From Octopus sinensis (taxonomy: Eukaryota), in the NCBI RefSeq assembly GCF_006345805.1, contig NC_043001.1, positions 66,526,001 to 66,590,000 of the forward strand: a stretch of DNA of 64,000 nt. Direction: 5' to 3'. The position numbers and the translations under genes were made by a program. Shown one piece after another: positions 1-11,385 of the stretch. The notes beneath the pieces were generated by a model. That model searched no databases. It was not told the DNA's origin and worked only from the letters and a program-made list of their open reading frames with translations. Each line of letters opens with the position of its first letter. Position 1 is the stretch's first letter.

Positions 1-2037
1 CCATTTGCTCAAATCTTGCTGTATCCACAGATTCCATCGTACTACACTTGGAATGGAAAAAAATGGGCCCCATGGAAAGCAGGTCAAAATGTTCATGGAT
101 ACCCTGGCATTAAGTTTCACACTTTCCTTGGGCGTGTATACACAGTGCATCCCACTCAACAAGAGTGCTTCTACTTTTGTCTACTACTGCATGAGGTCAG
201 AGGGCCAACGTCTTTCCAGGCCCTAAAAACCGTTCATGAACATGTCTGTACAACATACAGAGAAGCCTGCTATCGACAAGGTCTGTTAAGAAGATGGTGC
301 ACAATGGGATGCAACTATAGGATAGGCTGCTTTATCACAATCACCTAAAAGTCTCAGGGCACTATTTGCAGTATTACTACAGGCATGCAAACTGTGTGAT
401 CCGGCCACTCTATGACTCAAATATAGAGACAATCTGGCTGAAGACTTTCAGCGCCAAGCTCAACTGCTCTATCCTGACATGGAGGGTATCAGCAATGAAA
501 TCTATAACAAAACACTCATTGACATTGAAGACAGAATTGCTAATCTGGGTGGAAATGAATTGTCGACGTATAGCCTGCCACAAGCATTCAGGTCAGGGTC
601 AAATAGCCTTCTCAGTGCTGTCATTCGTGAAAAAACCTACGACACTCAAGGGCTTTCAAAGTATATTGTTGAAAATGAGCCTAAATTACTTCTGGACCAG
701 CTGCAGGCCTACAGAACTATTCTTAACAGTGTACGCCAACGCGAGGGACGAATCTTCTTCCTTGATGCTCCTGGAGGGACAGGAAAAACATTTATTACAA
801 AGCTTCTCCTTGCAGAAGTTAGGCAGCATCAGGACATTGCAGTAGCTGTAGCCTCCTCTGGCATTGCAGCTACTTTATTACCCGGTGTCAGGACAGCACA
901 CTCAACTTTTAAACTCCCTCTCAATTTAGCAGCATCCGAAATGCCTTCATGCAACATCAACAAAAGCTCAGATCAGGGACAAGTACTTAAAATGTGTCAT
1001 CTAATTGTCTGGGATGAGTGCACTATGGCTCACAAGGGAGCTTTGGAAGCATTAGATAGAGCCTTGAAAGACATCTGAGACTGTCAGGCTCCAATGGGAG
1101 GTGTAACGCTTCTGTTGTCAGGTGATTTCAGGCAAACTCTTCCTGTCATTCAGATGAAGTCCAAGCATGCCTAAAGTCCTCTACCCTGTGGCATCATGTT
1201 ACAATCCTCAGTCTCACCACTAACATGAGAGCTCAGCTACACGGCAACAAAATGTCCACAAAGTTTGCACAGGACATTTTGACACTTAGTGATGGCAAGA
1301 TGTCTGTCGATGCTGCAGGACAAATGGAAGTGTGGTCATTTTCCTCTGTTGTTAATTCTGTAGATGACCTCAAAAACAAAGTCTTTCCCAACTTCACACA
1401 AAACTACCAAAATCACAATTGGCTGTGTGAAAGAGCAATATTAGTTCCAAAAGACGTTGCTGTTAACAAAATTAATCAACAGCTAATGCATTCTCTTCCC
1501 GGCACTATACACACTTACAAGTCTGTTGATACAATTCCAGATATAAATGAAGTTGTGAACTATCCTCCTGAATTTCTCAATTCACTGGAGCCTCCTGGAC
1601 TACCTCCACACATATTAGCACTTAAAGTTCAGAAGACTGCAATTCTCCCTTCGTGTCAGCTTTGCCATGCCCATTAACAAATCTCAGGGTCAGACCCTCT
1701 CTGTAGCTGGTCTTTTCTTGGAAGAGCCCTGCTTCTCGCATGGGCAACTGTATGGTGGCTGCTCAAGAGTAGGAACCAAAAGAAACCTTTTTGTATATGC
1801 TCCACAAGGAAAAACAAGGAACATTGTTTACAACGAGGTGTTATAATCTCAACAGCCAGGAGGTATATACATGACCCCCTTTTTTTTTTAACAAGCTTCT
1901 TGTACTTTCATGTATTTATATTAATATACATATGTATGTGTGTGTGTGTGTATGTGTGTATGTATCCATATATATATAACAGAAAAGTCTAATTCTTCAA
2001 TTGAATGTAACCGAGCAACGCCGGGTATCTCTGCTAA
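1..2037 (+). mobile_element. Decayed autonomous Helitron (3' part, 5' end outside window)
   Basis: RepHel helicase fragments followed by a Helitron 3' terminus: hairpin ccgagcaacgccggg (2011-2025) then CTAA (2034-2037, fits CTRR) before T. Confidence 0.92.
16..1847 (+). pseudogene. Helitron PIF1-family (SF1B) helicase, disrupted
   Basis: Motifs RVYTVHP..ECFY..LL.V.GPTSF (16-348), LDAPGGTGKT (Walker A), ASSGIAATLL, WDECTM, GDFRQTLPV, FAMPINKSQGQT, FSHGQLY, ending NIVYNEVL*. Has stops and frameshifts, and a deletion joining LKV to RRLQF at about 1630. Confidence 0.93.
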
Positions 2038-2280
2038 TTATTTATAAGTCAGGAGAAGCCAAAAGTGAGTGTATAATGGGAAAAGTCTTTTTTTTTTCAC
2101 GGTTAATTTATTTTATTTATATGTTAACTTTGACCTAGAAATTTATTATTTATCAAATTTATTAATTTTGATAATTTTAATATTTAGTCCTATATGTACC
2201 TATTGTGGATAATGTCAATCAATGATGATTGAGTCGCTTGAGGGTGATTTGGTCTCTTAAACCTATCTATCTATCTATCT

Positions 2281-3148
2281 GCCCATGGACAACTTCCAGA
2301 GATCCCTGGCCTGGCAGTGCTACCGAGAAGCGCTACCCGTTCGGGATAAGCTATACAGACACGGCTCGAGAAACATGGGGCTGACCTGCCTGAGATGCGG
2401 TCAGAGCAACGAAACCATTCTGCACGCACTCGTTCAGTGTCCAACAATTTCCGACTTGTGGGCTTATGTCGAACGACTGCTGTCACGTGTGGGACAAGTC
2501 GGTTTATCAGCCAAGTCTATCGTCAATATTGTCACACCTCCTTCCTTCAAACGGGAAGGAAGAACTATTTTCATCATTCTTGTGGCTATGGCGAAAGAAT
2601 GTATCTGGTGGACGCGTCTGAAAGGATTGGAGACAAACACTTTCCTCTCCGATCAATCTCTCATCAACTTCTTCAAGTATCACTTGAAAAGGAAAGTGAG
2701 AGTAGAGAGGCAAGTTTTGTCTAGCGAATGTTTCAAAAGAAGATGGATGAATGTAGCAAGGATGGCACGTATGAATGACGAAGCCACCTTGAGCATAATC
2801 CTATGAATCTGGAAAAATTTAGTAGGTAACTTTTTAAAGTTACCTACTTGCAAACAAATGTGGTAACATGTAACATTACTGTACGAGGTTACCGTGGTCT
2901 TTTCTGTAGGCTTTTCTTTCCACAGATAAACTCTATCTGCTTCGCCCTTTACACTTTACATCATGACATACTGTGATACACGATCCCTATTGATTGTTTT
3001 TCTTTTTCCTTTTTCTTTCCCTTTTACGATCCCTTTTGATCGAAAACCTACCCCCCCTTTTTTCTTTTTGTTCTTCTCCCCTAAAAGAAAAGCTCTACTT
3101 TGTAATCTGTCCCGTCTGTGTGCAGCCCTGTGTGACTAATAAAGAAAC
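2281..3148 (+). mobile_element. 5'-truncated Tx1/L1-group LINE 3' end (zf-RVT domain, 3' UTR)
   Basis: ORF 2285-2806: LAWQCYREALPVRDKL..CLRCGQSNETILHALVQC (CCHC zinc-binding motif downstream of RT). Pyrimidine-rich 3' UTR, AATAAA at 3138-3143, flanked by (CTAT)n and (AT)n. Confidence 0.8.
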
Positions 3149-3170
3149 ATATATATATATATAGTCAAGT

Positions 3171-3512
3171 GAAGGCGCATGGCTCAGTGGTTAGAGCGTC
3201 GAGCTTACGATCGTGAGGTTGTGAGCTCGAATCCCGGACCGGGCTGCGTGTTGTGTTCTTGAGCAAAGCACTTTATTTCACGTTGCTCCAGTTCACTCAG
3301 CTGTAGAAATGAGTTGCGACGTCACTGGTGCCAAGCTGTATCGACCTTTGTCTTTCCTTTGGATAACACTGGTGGCGTGGAGAGGGGAGGCTGGTATGCA
3401 TGGGCGACTGCTGGTCTTCCATAAACAACCTTGCCCGGACTTGTGTCTAGGAGGGTAACTTTCTAGGTGCAATCCCATGGTCATTCATGACCGAAGGGGG
3501 TCTTTACCTTTT
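3171..3512 (+). mobile_element. tRNA-derived SINE, full length, with target-site duplication
   Basis: A box TGGCTCAGTGG (about 3180) and B box GCTCGAATCC (about 3225), followed by a non-tRNA body. 11-bp TSD tatagtcaagt at 3160-3170 and 3513-3523. Confidence 0.85.
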
Positions 3513-3787
3513 TATAGTCAAGTCAAAGAACAACCAATTAAAAACAGAAAAAAGATAAAAATGAACGTGAGGATGTGCACAAGCAATAAATTAATTTGAT
3601 GTTTGGTGAAAAGCGACAGTTGTAAATATTTCGAGCATAGCTCTTTGTTAGAAAGAGAAAAGTCTGAAGAGAAAGAAAGATAAATAAGGAAAAATCACCA
3701 ACAATCCACTTGTGGTTACATTTCTGAAGTGACCAGAAGTGAAAGGAGAGAGTGGTTTCTGGGACAGGAGAGTGTGAAGATGGTTAA

Positions 3788-4712
3788 TATGTGTGTGTGT
3801 ATGTGTGTGTGTGGTAGCATGTGTGTGTGGTAGCATGTGTGTGGTAACGTGTATGTGTGTGGTAGTGTGTGAATCTGTGGTAGTGTGTGTGTGTGTGGTA
3901 GCATGTGTGTGTGTGTGTGTGTGTGTGGTAGTAACTTGTGTGTGTGTGATAGTAACTGTGTGGATGTCTCTCTGTGTGTCACTCTGTCTCTCTATATATA
4001 TATGTATGTGTGTACGTGTATCCATGTGGGTATATGTGTGTGTGTGTGTGTCTGTGTGCACATGAGTATGTGTGGAAGTGTATGTACATGTGTGTATATG
4101 TGTTGTGTATGTACATGTGTGTATATGTGTTGTGTATGTACATGTGTGTATATGTGTTGTGTATGTACATGTGTGTATATGTGTTGTGTATATATTGTGT
4201 GTGTCTTGTTGTTGTGTGTGTCGAGGCATATGTGCATTTGTGTGCATGTGTGTGTGTATGTGCATGTGTGAAAGGGAGAGAGGGTGAGGTGGAGTATATG
4301 GGTGTGTTGGTTTAGCCAAGGGCTTGGGTTTTCTGTGTGTGCATATCAGTATGTGCATGGGTATGCATATTTGTGTATGCATGTGTGAGAGTGCGTGTGT
4401 ATGTGTGCATGTGTGTGTGGGTGTGGTGTGTGTAGGTGTGGGTGTGTGTGTGTGTGCATGGGTGTGTGTGTGTGGTAGGGCATGAAAGGCAGGATGACAA
4501 GTGTGCATGTGTTTGTGGGTATGCATATGGATATGTGCATATGTGCGAGTGTGTGTATATGTATATGTGCATATGAGTGTGTGTGGTGGGGGCCTCTATG
4601 TGGGTGTGCATGTGTATGAGTGTGTATGGAGGAGTGTGTGTGTGTGGAGGGATGTACATAAAAGTATGAGTGTGTGCATATGTATGTGTGTGTATGTGTG
4701 AGTGTGTTTGTA
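3788..4712. repeat. Compound (GT)n/(GTGTAT)-type low-complexity tract
   Basis: Directly visible; includes about 24-bp tandem units (gtgtatgtacatgtgtgtatatgt-like) at about 4080-4190. Confidence 0.95.
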
Positions 4713-4719
4713 TGTAAAA

Positions 4720-5480
4720 ATAATTAAATTAAAAGTACAAGTTAAAAAATAAAAACATGAGGAACAAAGGAATATAAAAATTTCAAAAATAGAAAATAAA
4801 AAATAAATAATAAAAAATTGAAAATAATAAAAAAACAAATGAAAAAATTATATAAGTAAATCAGTAACAGAAAATAGATAAAGAAAAAACTAATAAAATA
4901 AGAAATAAAATAGAATAAAATGTTTTTTTTAAATAGGTGTGTGAGGAAGTCACTGAAAGGAGGGGGTTGTGTTGAGTCTAAAAGGAGTTCAAGTACATAG
5001 AGTGAAAATGTACTGCTGTTCCAGGTGGAGTCTAGAGTTGGTGAATCCATAGTATAGGGCAAGGCCAAAGAAGTCTGAGGTGGAGTGGCTGGTCAAACAA
5101 AAATGATGGGTGATGGGGTGGGGAGGGTATTTTTACATAGATGAACATCACATAGGTATTCCAGCTAGACGACGGCTCGTCTGACCAACATAGTTTATTG
5201 CAAAGATTGCACCTGATACAGTAAATAAGGTTTGAAGAAGGAGTTCCTGGGGTGCTGGTTGGATCCAGTGAGGGAGGTGGTGTGGCAATGGGGCCTGGAG
5301 CAAGGGAAGGATACAGGTTGGGTGGGAATGGAGGAGGGGAGGGAGCTACGTTTGAGGGAGGGCAAGGATGGGTTGGGGAAAATAGGGAGGGTGGTGGGAT
5401 CTAGCTAGAGATGATGGAAGGCCCACAGGATCTTCCAATGAAGGGGTAGGGAGGAAGAGTAGAAAAGGAGGGGAAAGGGA
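4720..5480 (-). mobile_element. Penelope-like element fragment (GIY-YIG endonuclease, T-rich tail)
   Basis: Minus-strand translation across frameshifts at about 5250-4970: SNLIYCIRCNLCNKL/YVGQTSRRLA ... HPITHHFCLTSHSTSDF..RLHLEQQYIFTL, matching PLE GIY-YIG with CxxC. Confidence 0.72.
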
Positions 5481-5506
5481 ATGTGATATATATATATATA
5501 TATATA

Positions 5507-6768
5507 TATCATGTCATCCCATAAGTTCTGTCCAAATTTTGAATAAAGAAAACAAGTGATGAAATGTTATATTTCATTGAAATTTAATCATCAATGTACT
5601 TTCCCTGATTATGTACTTCCTTCCATCTACTTACAAGCTTTTTAATCCCATCAATGTAAAACTCTTTTGGTTTCAAAGCAAACAACTCTGAAATGTCAGC
5701 TTCAACACCCCGCCTGGCTTGCGAAAGTTATGTCCCCCAAATGATTCTGTAAACTACGAAACAAATGGTAGTCTGAAGGAGCAAGATTGGGAGAATAAGG
5801 TGGATGAGGAATTTTTTTCCAACCAAGCTCTTCGATCTTCTGTGATGTGACCTTTGCAGTGTAGGGTTGCGCATTGTCCTGATGAAACATCACTCCTTTT
5901 CGATTCACTAAAGTGGGTCTTTTTTCTTCAAAGCTTGGTTCAAACACTTTAATTGCTGACAGTAGACTTGAGCATTGATTCTTGCATTAGGTGGTAACAA
6001 TTCAAAGTGAATTACTCCTTTTCAATCCCACCAGATAGAGAGAAGTATCTTTTTCCCATGAAGTTCCCTTCTCAGTTGTGGTTGAGCTTTTCCCTTTTAC
6101 CAAGCCACTGTTTACGATGTTTAACATTTTGATAGAAGATCCATTTTTCCTCACTAGTCACAAGTCTATCCAAAAAGGGTAAAATGAGTTCACGAGACTG
6201 GAGAGAAGAGCAGATGTCAACTTGGGATTTGCAGTTGCTTTTGAACAGTTCATGAGGCACCCATTTTCCAAGTTTAGGAACTTTTCCAAGTTGTTGAAGA
6301 TGATGATGAACAGTTGTATGGTTTGAACTAAGCTTCATTGCCAATTCTTCAACTGATAATGCAGGATTTTCTTCAAATAATGCCTCAAGGAGCTTATCAT
6401 CAAATTCAACTGGACGTCCTGTTCGATCTTTATCTTCAAGGCTGAAATCTCCACTTCTGAATTTTGCAAACCATCTTCTGCAAGTTCTTTCATTCAAGCA
6501 TTCTTTCCCATAAACTGAGTGTATGTTTCGAGTTGCTTCGGCTGCAGAGTTTCCTTTTTAGTACTCATAAAGCATTTTGTACCTCAAATGCTCTTTTAAT
6601 TAAAGAAATTTTAATTCTATTATTCTGTAAAATAATATTTAATTACTTTAAATGTACACAAATGCATAAAAGTAATTTTTAATTCCATTAGACATTCTAA
6701 AATACTATTAAATTTCATTCAATTTTAAAAAAGGTAAAATCGGACAGAACTTATGGGATGACCTGATA
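5507..6768 (-). mobile_element. Full-length decayed mariner (DD34D) transposon
   Basis: TIRs tatcatgtcatcccataagttctgtcc (from 5507) and ggacagaacttatgggatgacctgata (6742-6768), 26/27 match, inside (TA)n. Transposase motifs WVPHEL, VTSEEKW, HQDNA, PYSPNLAPSDYHLF, split by frameshifts. Confidence 0.96.
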
Positions 6769-6794
6769 TATATATATATACATTGAATTTCATT

Positions 6795-6947
6795 CAGTTC
6801 CCAACTACCAAATCCATCCATAAGATTTTGGTCTGCCCAAGGTTATAGTAGAAGGAACTTGCAGAAGGTACCATACAAGTGGGACCGAACCTGGAACCAT
6901 GTAGTTAGGAAGCAAACTTCTCACCAAACAACCATCATGCCTGCACT
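6795..6947 (-). mobile_element. Degenerate tRNA-head SINE fragment
   Basis: Similar to the head region of the copies at 9840-9997 and 10265-10420. Confidence 0.7.
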
Positions 6948-6959
6948 TAGATAACAAAG

Positions 6960-7500
6960 TATTTACTACTTCTAACGATCCTCCTGGGCATTCAAGGAAA
7001 TCTGTTTCCTGTGTATCAGCCACACACTAAGTCAAATTCTGTCAGACTTCCTGTGGAACTGAATACACTGCATGGAATTTCAACAAACTTCTTTTTTACA
7101 AATCAAGCAGGGCCTTTTTCCTGAAGGAGAAGTGTCTTGTCTGTTGTCCTGCTTACTAGAACTTTAGTCTTTGTTAAGTTAACTCTGAAGCCCTTTGATT
7201 CCAGATTTTGCTTCCACACCTGGAACTTTTTTTAAAAATTCTATTACAGAATCAGCTATAAGAACAAGATTATAAGCATAGATGAGCTGCCACAAGCAAC
7301 CAGTCTTAAACTCTTCTTTTATGGCCTGGAAGACTATTTCAAATAGGAGGGGACTGAGAACTAAGTGCTGGTGAACTCCAACCCACACTAAACTTATTGC
7401 TGTACTCAATGCTAACTCTCACCTTACTGACAACACATTTACACATGGTTGTGATAGGTCTCACCGGCCATTCATTTACCCCTAGCTTTTACAGTGACCA
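6960..7500 (-). mobile_element. RTE-clade LINE reverse transcriptase fragment
   Basis: VGVHQ..VLSPLLF..V.QAI.EEFKTGC.W.L.YA..LVLIA (degenerate YADD region), and CPGGSLEVVN shared with the 18830-19590 copy. Confidence 0.8.
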
Positions 7501-8725
7501 CCAGATGAAGGAGTAAGAGACCCTAACAAATGCTTTCTCTGTGTTGACAAATGCTAAGTTCAACAATTATATAGATGTACATAAATACACATACACACAT
7601 ATATATTAATGGCTTAGTCAGAGGATTAAGGGAACCTTTTACAAACTATACAAGATTGATGGGAGGAAGGGAGAAAGTTATCTATTGACCTGACACTATT
7701 TATCACAAAGTTACTTTAGGACTAGGTGGTGGTGGTATTTAACTGGGATTAAGTCTACCATTCCACAAGAGGAATAATCCCTCAGGCATGTTTACACACA
7801 ATTTGTGACTATTAGAATTTCACTCACAAAGCTTTGCTTGACCTGTGATTAGTAAACACTCACTGAGAGAAACATACAGTGGAATTGAACTCAAAAGTAT
7901 GAAGTAGCTCCACATCTTAACCACATAGCACCAATTTTGGTATGTAGGTTAATGAATTGCTTCTCATCAGCAAGATTACATTTTGACATGCTGTTTCATA
8001 TATGAGTGGATAGCTGCAGTTCGACCCTAGTAATGTAAGCGGTACTCCAATAACTGAGTTATCCTTGAGTTTTGTTGAGAGTTACTAATTGACTAATTGT
8101 AACTTGTTTTTGACCATTAATTTCAATAGCATCTTAAACTTGCAGGAGGAAGGAAAGAAGGGATCCTCAAACCAAATATCTGCTAGCAACAAAGTGAACT
8201 CAACTAAAAGACAGCCAAGGGACCAGGTAGAGGTGTTAAACCAGGCAACAGATTAAATCTACCACACAAAATATTCCTTAAAATAAGAACAAATAAAGAA
8301 TTTGGAGATGTATTATAGATATCCTAGGAACAGACTGCTTGGGGATAATAGAAGTGGCATCAGCATTGATACTTCACCTAAGGCAAGTGGGAGTCAAAGA
8401 AGAATTTTAGGGAGGTGCTAGAGTGTCAATAAATTAGGTTATAATAGAACTTATTTTTCTTTAACAAAGCCTATCTTGATATTTGTGTAAATGTCACAAA
8501 GGAAACAAACTCTTATATCTAAGTGGTGAAATAGTTTGTATTGAAGAAACCAGTGATACAAGAATGTCAAAATATAGAAAACAATTTAGATTCAAAGGAA
8601 ACAGCAAGTGGAATTCAAATTTAATTACATAATGTCTATGTACAACATGCTACCATGTATAATACCACAATTTCAAGACCTGAATTGTTATACAAACCAA
8701 GAACACAAGTTATAATAATAATAAC

Positions 8726-8770
<45 letters not shown>

Positions 8771-8772
<2 letters not shown>

Positions 8773-9202
8773 CACAGATTTGCTTGTCAGTTGTTTGACC
8801 TTAACCAGTTGAGCATGTCCCTTAGTGGCTGACGATATGTGCATCTCTGATCACGAGCAGAAGTAGTGGGGGAGCATCATAGCCATGTGTTGAGAGGGAT
8901 TCTTTGGGGTTTGAATAGTTCACCTCTGGAAACATGGGTGGTTCTTTCAACATCCTTAAACAACCCTTATTCAGGGACCGTTTGAGCGGGATGGGCTACT
9001 CAACCTGAAGAAAATTCTAACTGGGCCCCACCTGCAAGGTCATGTGCTGTTTATCTTGATATGAGATCACCATGTCGCGCACATATGGTTGTGATGCATG
9101 TGCCTGGTGTACCTTTATCAGACGGGTAGTCATGATGGGTATATTGGGCTTCGTATATTTTACCCCAGTGTCACTTTGATGGCATGAACTGCTCTCTCAC
9201 TC
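8771..9202 (+). mobile_element. Interspersed repeat (probable retroelement 3' end) embedded in (AAT)n
   Basis: GC-richer 430-bp block flanked on both sides by (AAT)n and ending ctctctcactc(aat)n. Family identity not established. Confidence 0.5.
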
Positions 9203-9235
9203 AATAATAATAATAATAATAACAATAACAACAAC

Positions 9236-9281
<46 letters not shown>

Positions 9282-9330
9282 CGACGACAATGGTGATGAT
9301 GATGATGAGGATGATGATAATAAAGATAAT
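9203..9330. repeat. Compound trinucleotide microsatellite (AAT)(AAC)(GAC)(GAT)
   Basis: Directly visible. Confidence 0.95.
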
Positions 9331-9599
9331 ATTATTCTACTTGTTCCTGCATCCCTACCTGTTCTAGCCATGTGTTATGCTTATGTGAGGGAGGTTATAA
9401 CTTAAATGTAGAAATATATAAAGAGAGAGCGGAAGGGGATACAGGGGGGACAAAGAAAGAAATGAAATAAGAATAGTTGAAAAAATAGAGAGAAAAAACA
9501 TGAGAGAGAGAATCTATATTATTAGAGAGAGTGAAGGGGAAAAAGTCTATATCATTCTATATTTGTGTGTTAAAATTGCAGGCATTTTATTTTTTATTT

Positions 9600-9794
9600 T
9601 ATTTGTTTCAGTCATTTGACTGGGACCATGCTGGAGTACCATCTTTAGTTGAACAAATCGACCCCAGGACTTATTCTTTGTAAGCCTAGTACTTATTCTA
9701 TCGGTCTCTTTTGCTGAACTGCTAAGTTACAGGTACGTAAACACACCAACGTCAGTTGTCAAGTGATGGTAGAGGGACAAACACAGACACACAA

Positions 9795-9835
<41 letters not shown>

Positions 9836-9997
9836 CAACAGACTTCTTTCAGTTTCTGTCTACCAAATCCACTCACAAGGCTTTGGTCAGCCCAAGGCTA
9901 CAGTAGAAGACATTTGCCCAAGGTGCCATGCAGTGAGACTGAACCCGGAACCATGTGGTTGGGAAGCAAGCTTCTTACCTCACAGCCACTCCTGCAT
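9600..9997 (-). mobile_element. tRNA-derived SINE, copy 1 of a tandem pair
   Basis: Minus strand: gcaggagtggctgtgaggtaagaagc..ggttccgggttcagtctcac head, internal (TG)n/(TA)n, tail ..ccagcatggtcccagtcaaatgactgaaacaa. Confidence 0.88.
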
Positions 9998-10029
9998 AAT
10001 CGAAATGTTTAACATAATGAAACAATACT

Positions 10030-10420
10030 CTTTTACTTGTTTCAGTCATTTGACTGTGGCCATGCTGGAGCACCACCTTTAGTCAACCAAATCGACCCCA
10101 GGACTTGTTCTTTGTAAGCCTTGTACTTATTCTATCGGTCTCTTTTACCGAACTGCTAAGTTACGGGAACATAAACACACCAGCATCGGTTGTCAAGCAA
10201 TGCTAGGGGGACAAACGCAGACACACAAACATACATGCACACACATATATATATACATATATACGACGGGCTTCTTTCAGTTTCCATCAACCAAATCCAC
10301 TCACAAGGCTTTGGTCGACCCAAGGCTATAGTAGAAGACACTTGCCCAAGGTGCCACACAGTGGGACTGAACCCAGACCCATGTGGTTCATAAGAAAGCT
10401 ACTTACCATACAGCCACTCC
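10030..10420 (-). mobile_element. tRNA-derived SINE, copy 2 of a tandem pair
   Basis: Colinear with 9600-9997, with many substitutions. Confidence 0.88.
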
Positions 10421-11169
10421 AACACCAATGTCATGAAGATCCCTAAATTCATGCTTTAAATGGTATATTGATAGATAGTTAAATGAAAGTGAAATAACAT
10501 TTGTTAGCAAATAGCTGCGGATGTTACACTTTTATCCTTTAGGTCCAGACCAAAACCTGTGTCCATGCTAGGACACTACCATAATTCTTTTTTTTTTTTC
10601 AGTTTAAATACTTATTGGTAATATGAGTATTGACAGATAATGGTGGAAATGCTGATATGATAGTTAATTAGCTAACTAGCTAGACAGATAAACAGACAGA
10701 TGGATATGTAGATGAGTCTACAGATATATCAACAGACAGAGAGATATATTCATAGATATATGAGTGGATATGTAGCTGAACTAAACTCAAATAAAAAGAA
10801 ATGAAAATAAATCTCAATTGGCAAATAACTTTGACTGAGCCTTGATGGTGGCTGGACAGCGAAAAGTGTTGTTTTTTTATGCACATGCACACACACACAC
10901 AAATAAGTTTTATCATTTTAATTCATCTATTATTTCCTTAAACTGTAAAGCACATCACATCTCTCAAACAAATTAAAAGAAGAAAATTTTATACTCATTT
11001 TGATTATATTTGAAAGTATAGTTTTGATTGAATGGCAGGATTTCAAAAGAATTTTTGAAATACCTTGCTTGTGTTTAATATAATAACATAATGTTTTCAA
11101 ATATGCTAACTTCACACTGTGGAATTTCCACAGGTCCTGCAAGTGATAATTGTTTCAAATTTTGGTATA

Positions 11170-11385
11170 ACATCAACAATTTTAGTGGGAGGCTGTTAGT
11201 CAATAACATCAAACACAGTACTTGACCAGTATAGTACTTGAGTGGCACTTAATTTTATCAACCATGAAAGAATGAAAGGTAAAGTTGACTTGAGTAAGAT
11301 TTGAACTTAGCACATAAAGGACCCAAAGAAATGTCATTTGCATTATATCAAATATGCTAATGATGCTACCAGTCTGTCCTCTTCG
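11170..11385 (-). mobile_element. Degenerate SINE (second family; related copies about 33220-33420, 56590-56790, 63850-64000)
   Basis: Shared motifs between copies: ctgagttcaaat-like B-box region and ctttcatt..atggttgataaaattaagt. Confidence 0.55.

Noticed and set aside
3174-3245. Possible tRNA gene
   Set aside because: A and B boxes are present, but the acceptor and T stems pair poorly and the sequence continues into a SINE body with an 11-bp TSD.
3648-4701. Many long overlapping ORFs rich in H/T or C/V
   Set aside because: They are translations of (CA)n/(GT)n microsatellite; open frames arise because the repeat has no stop codons.
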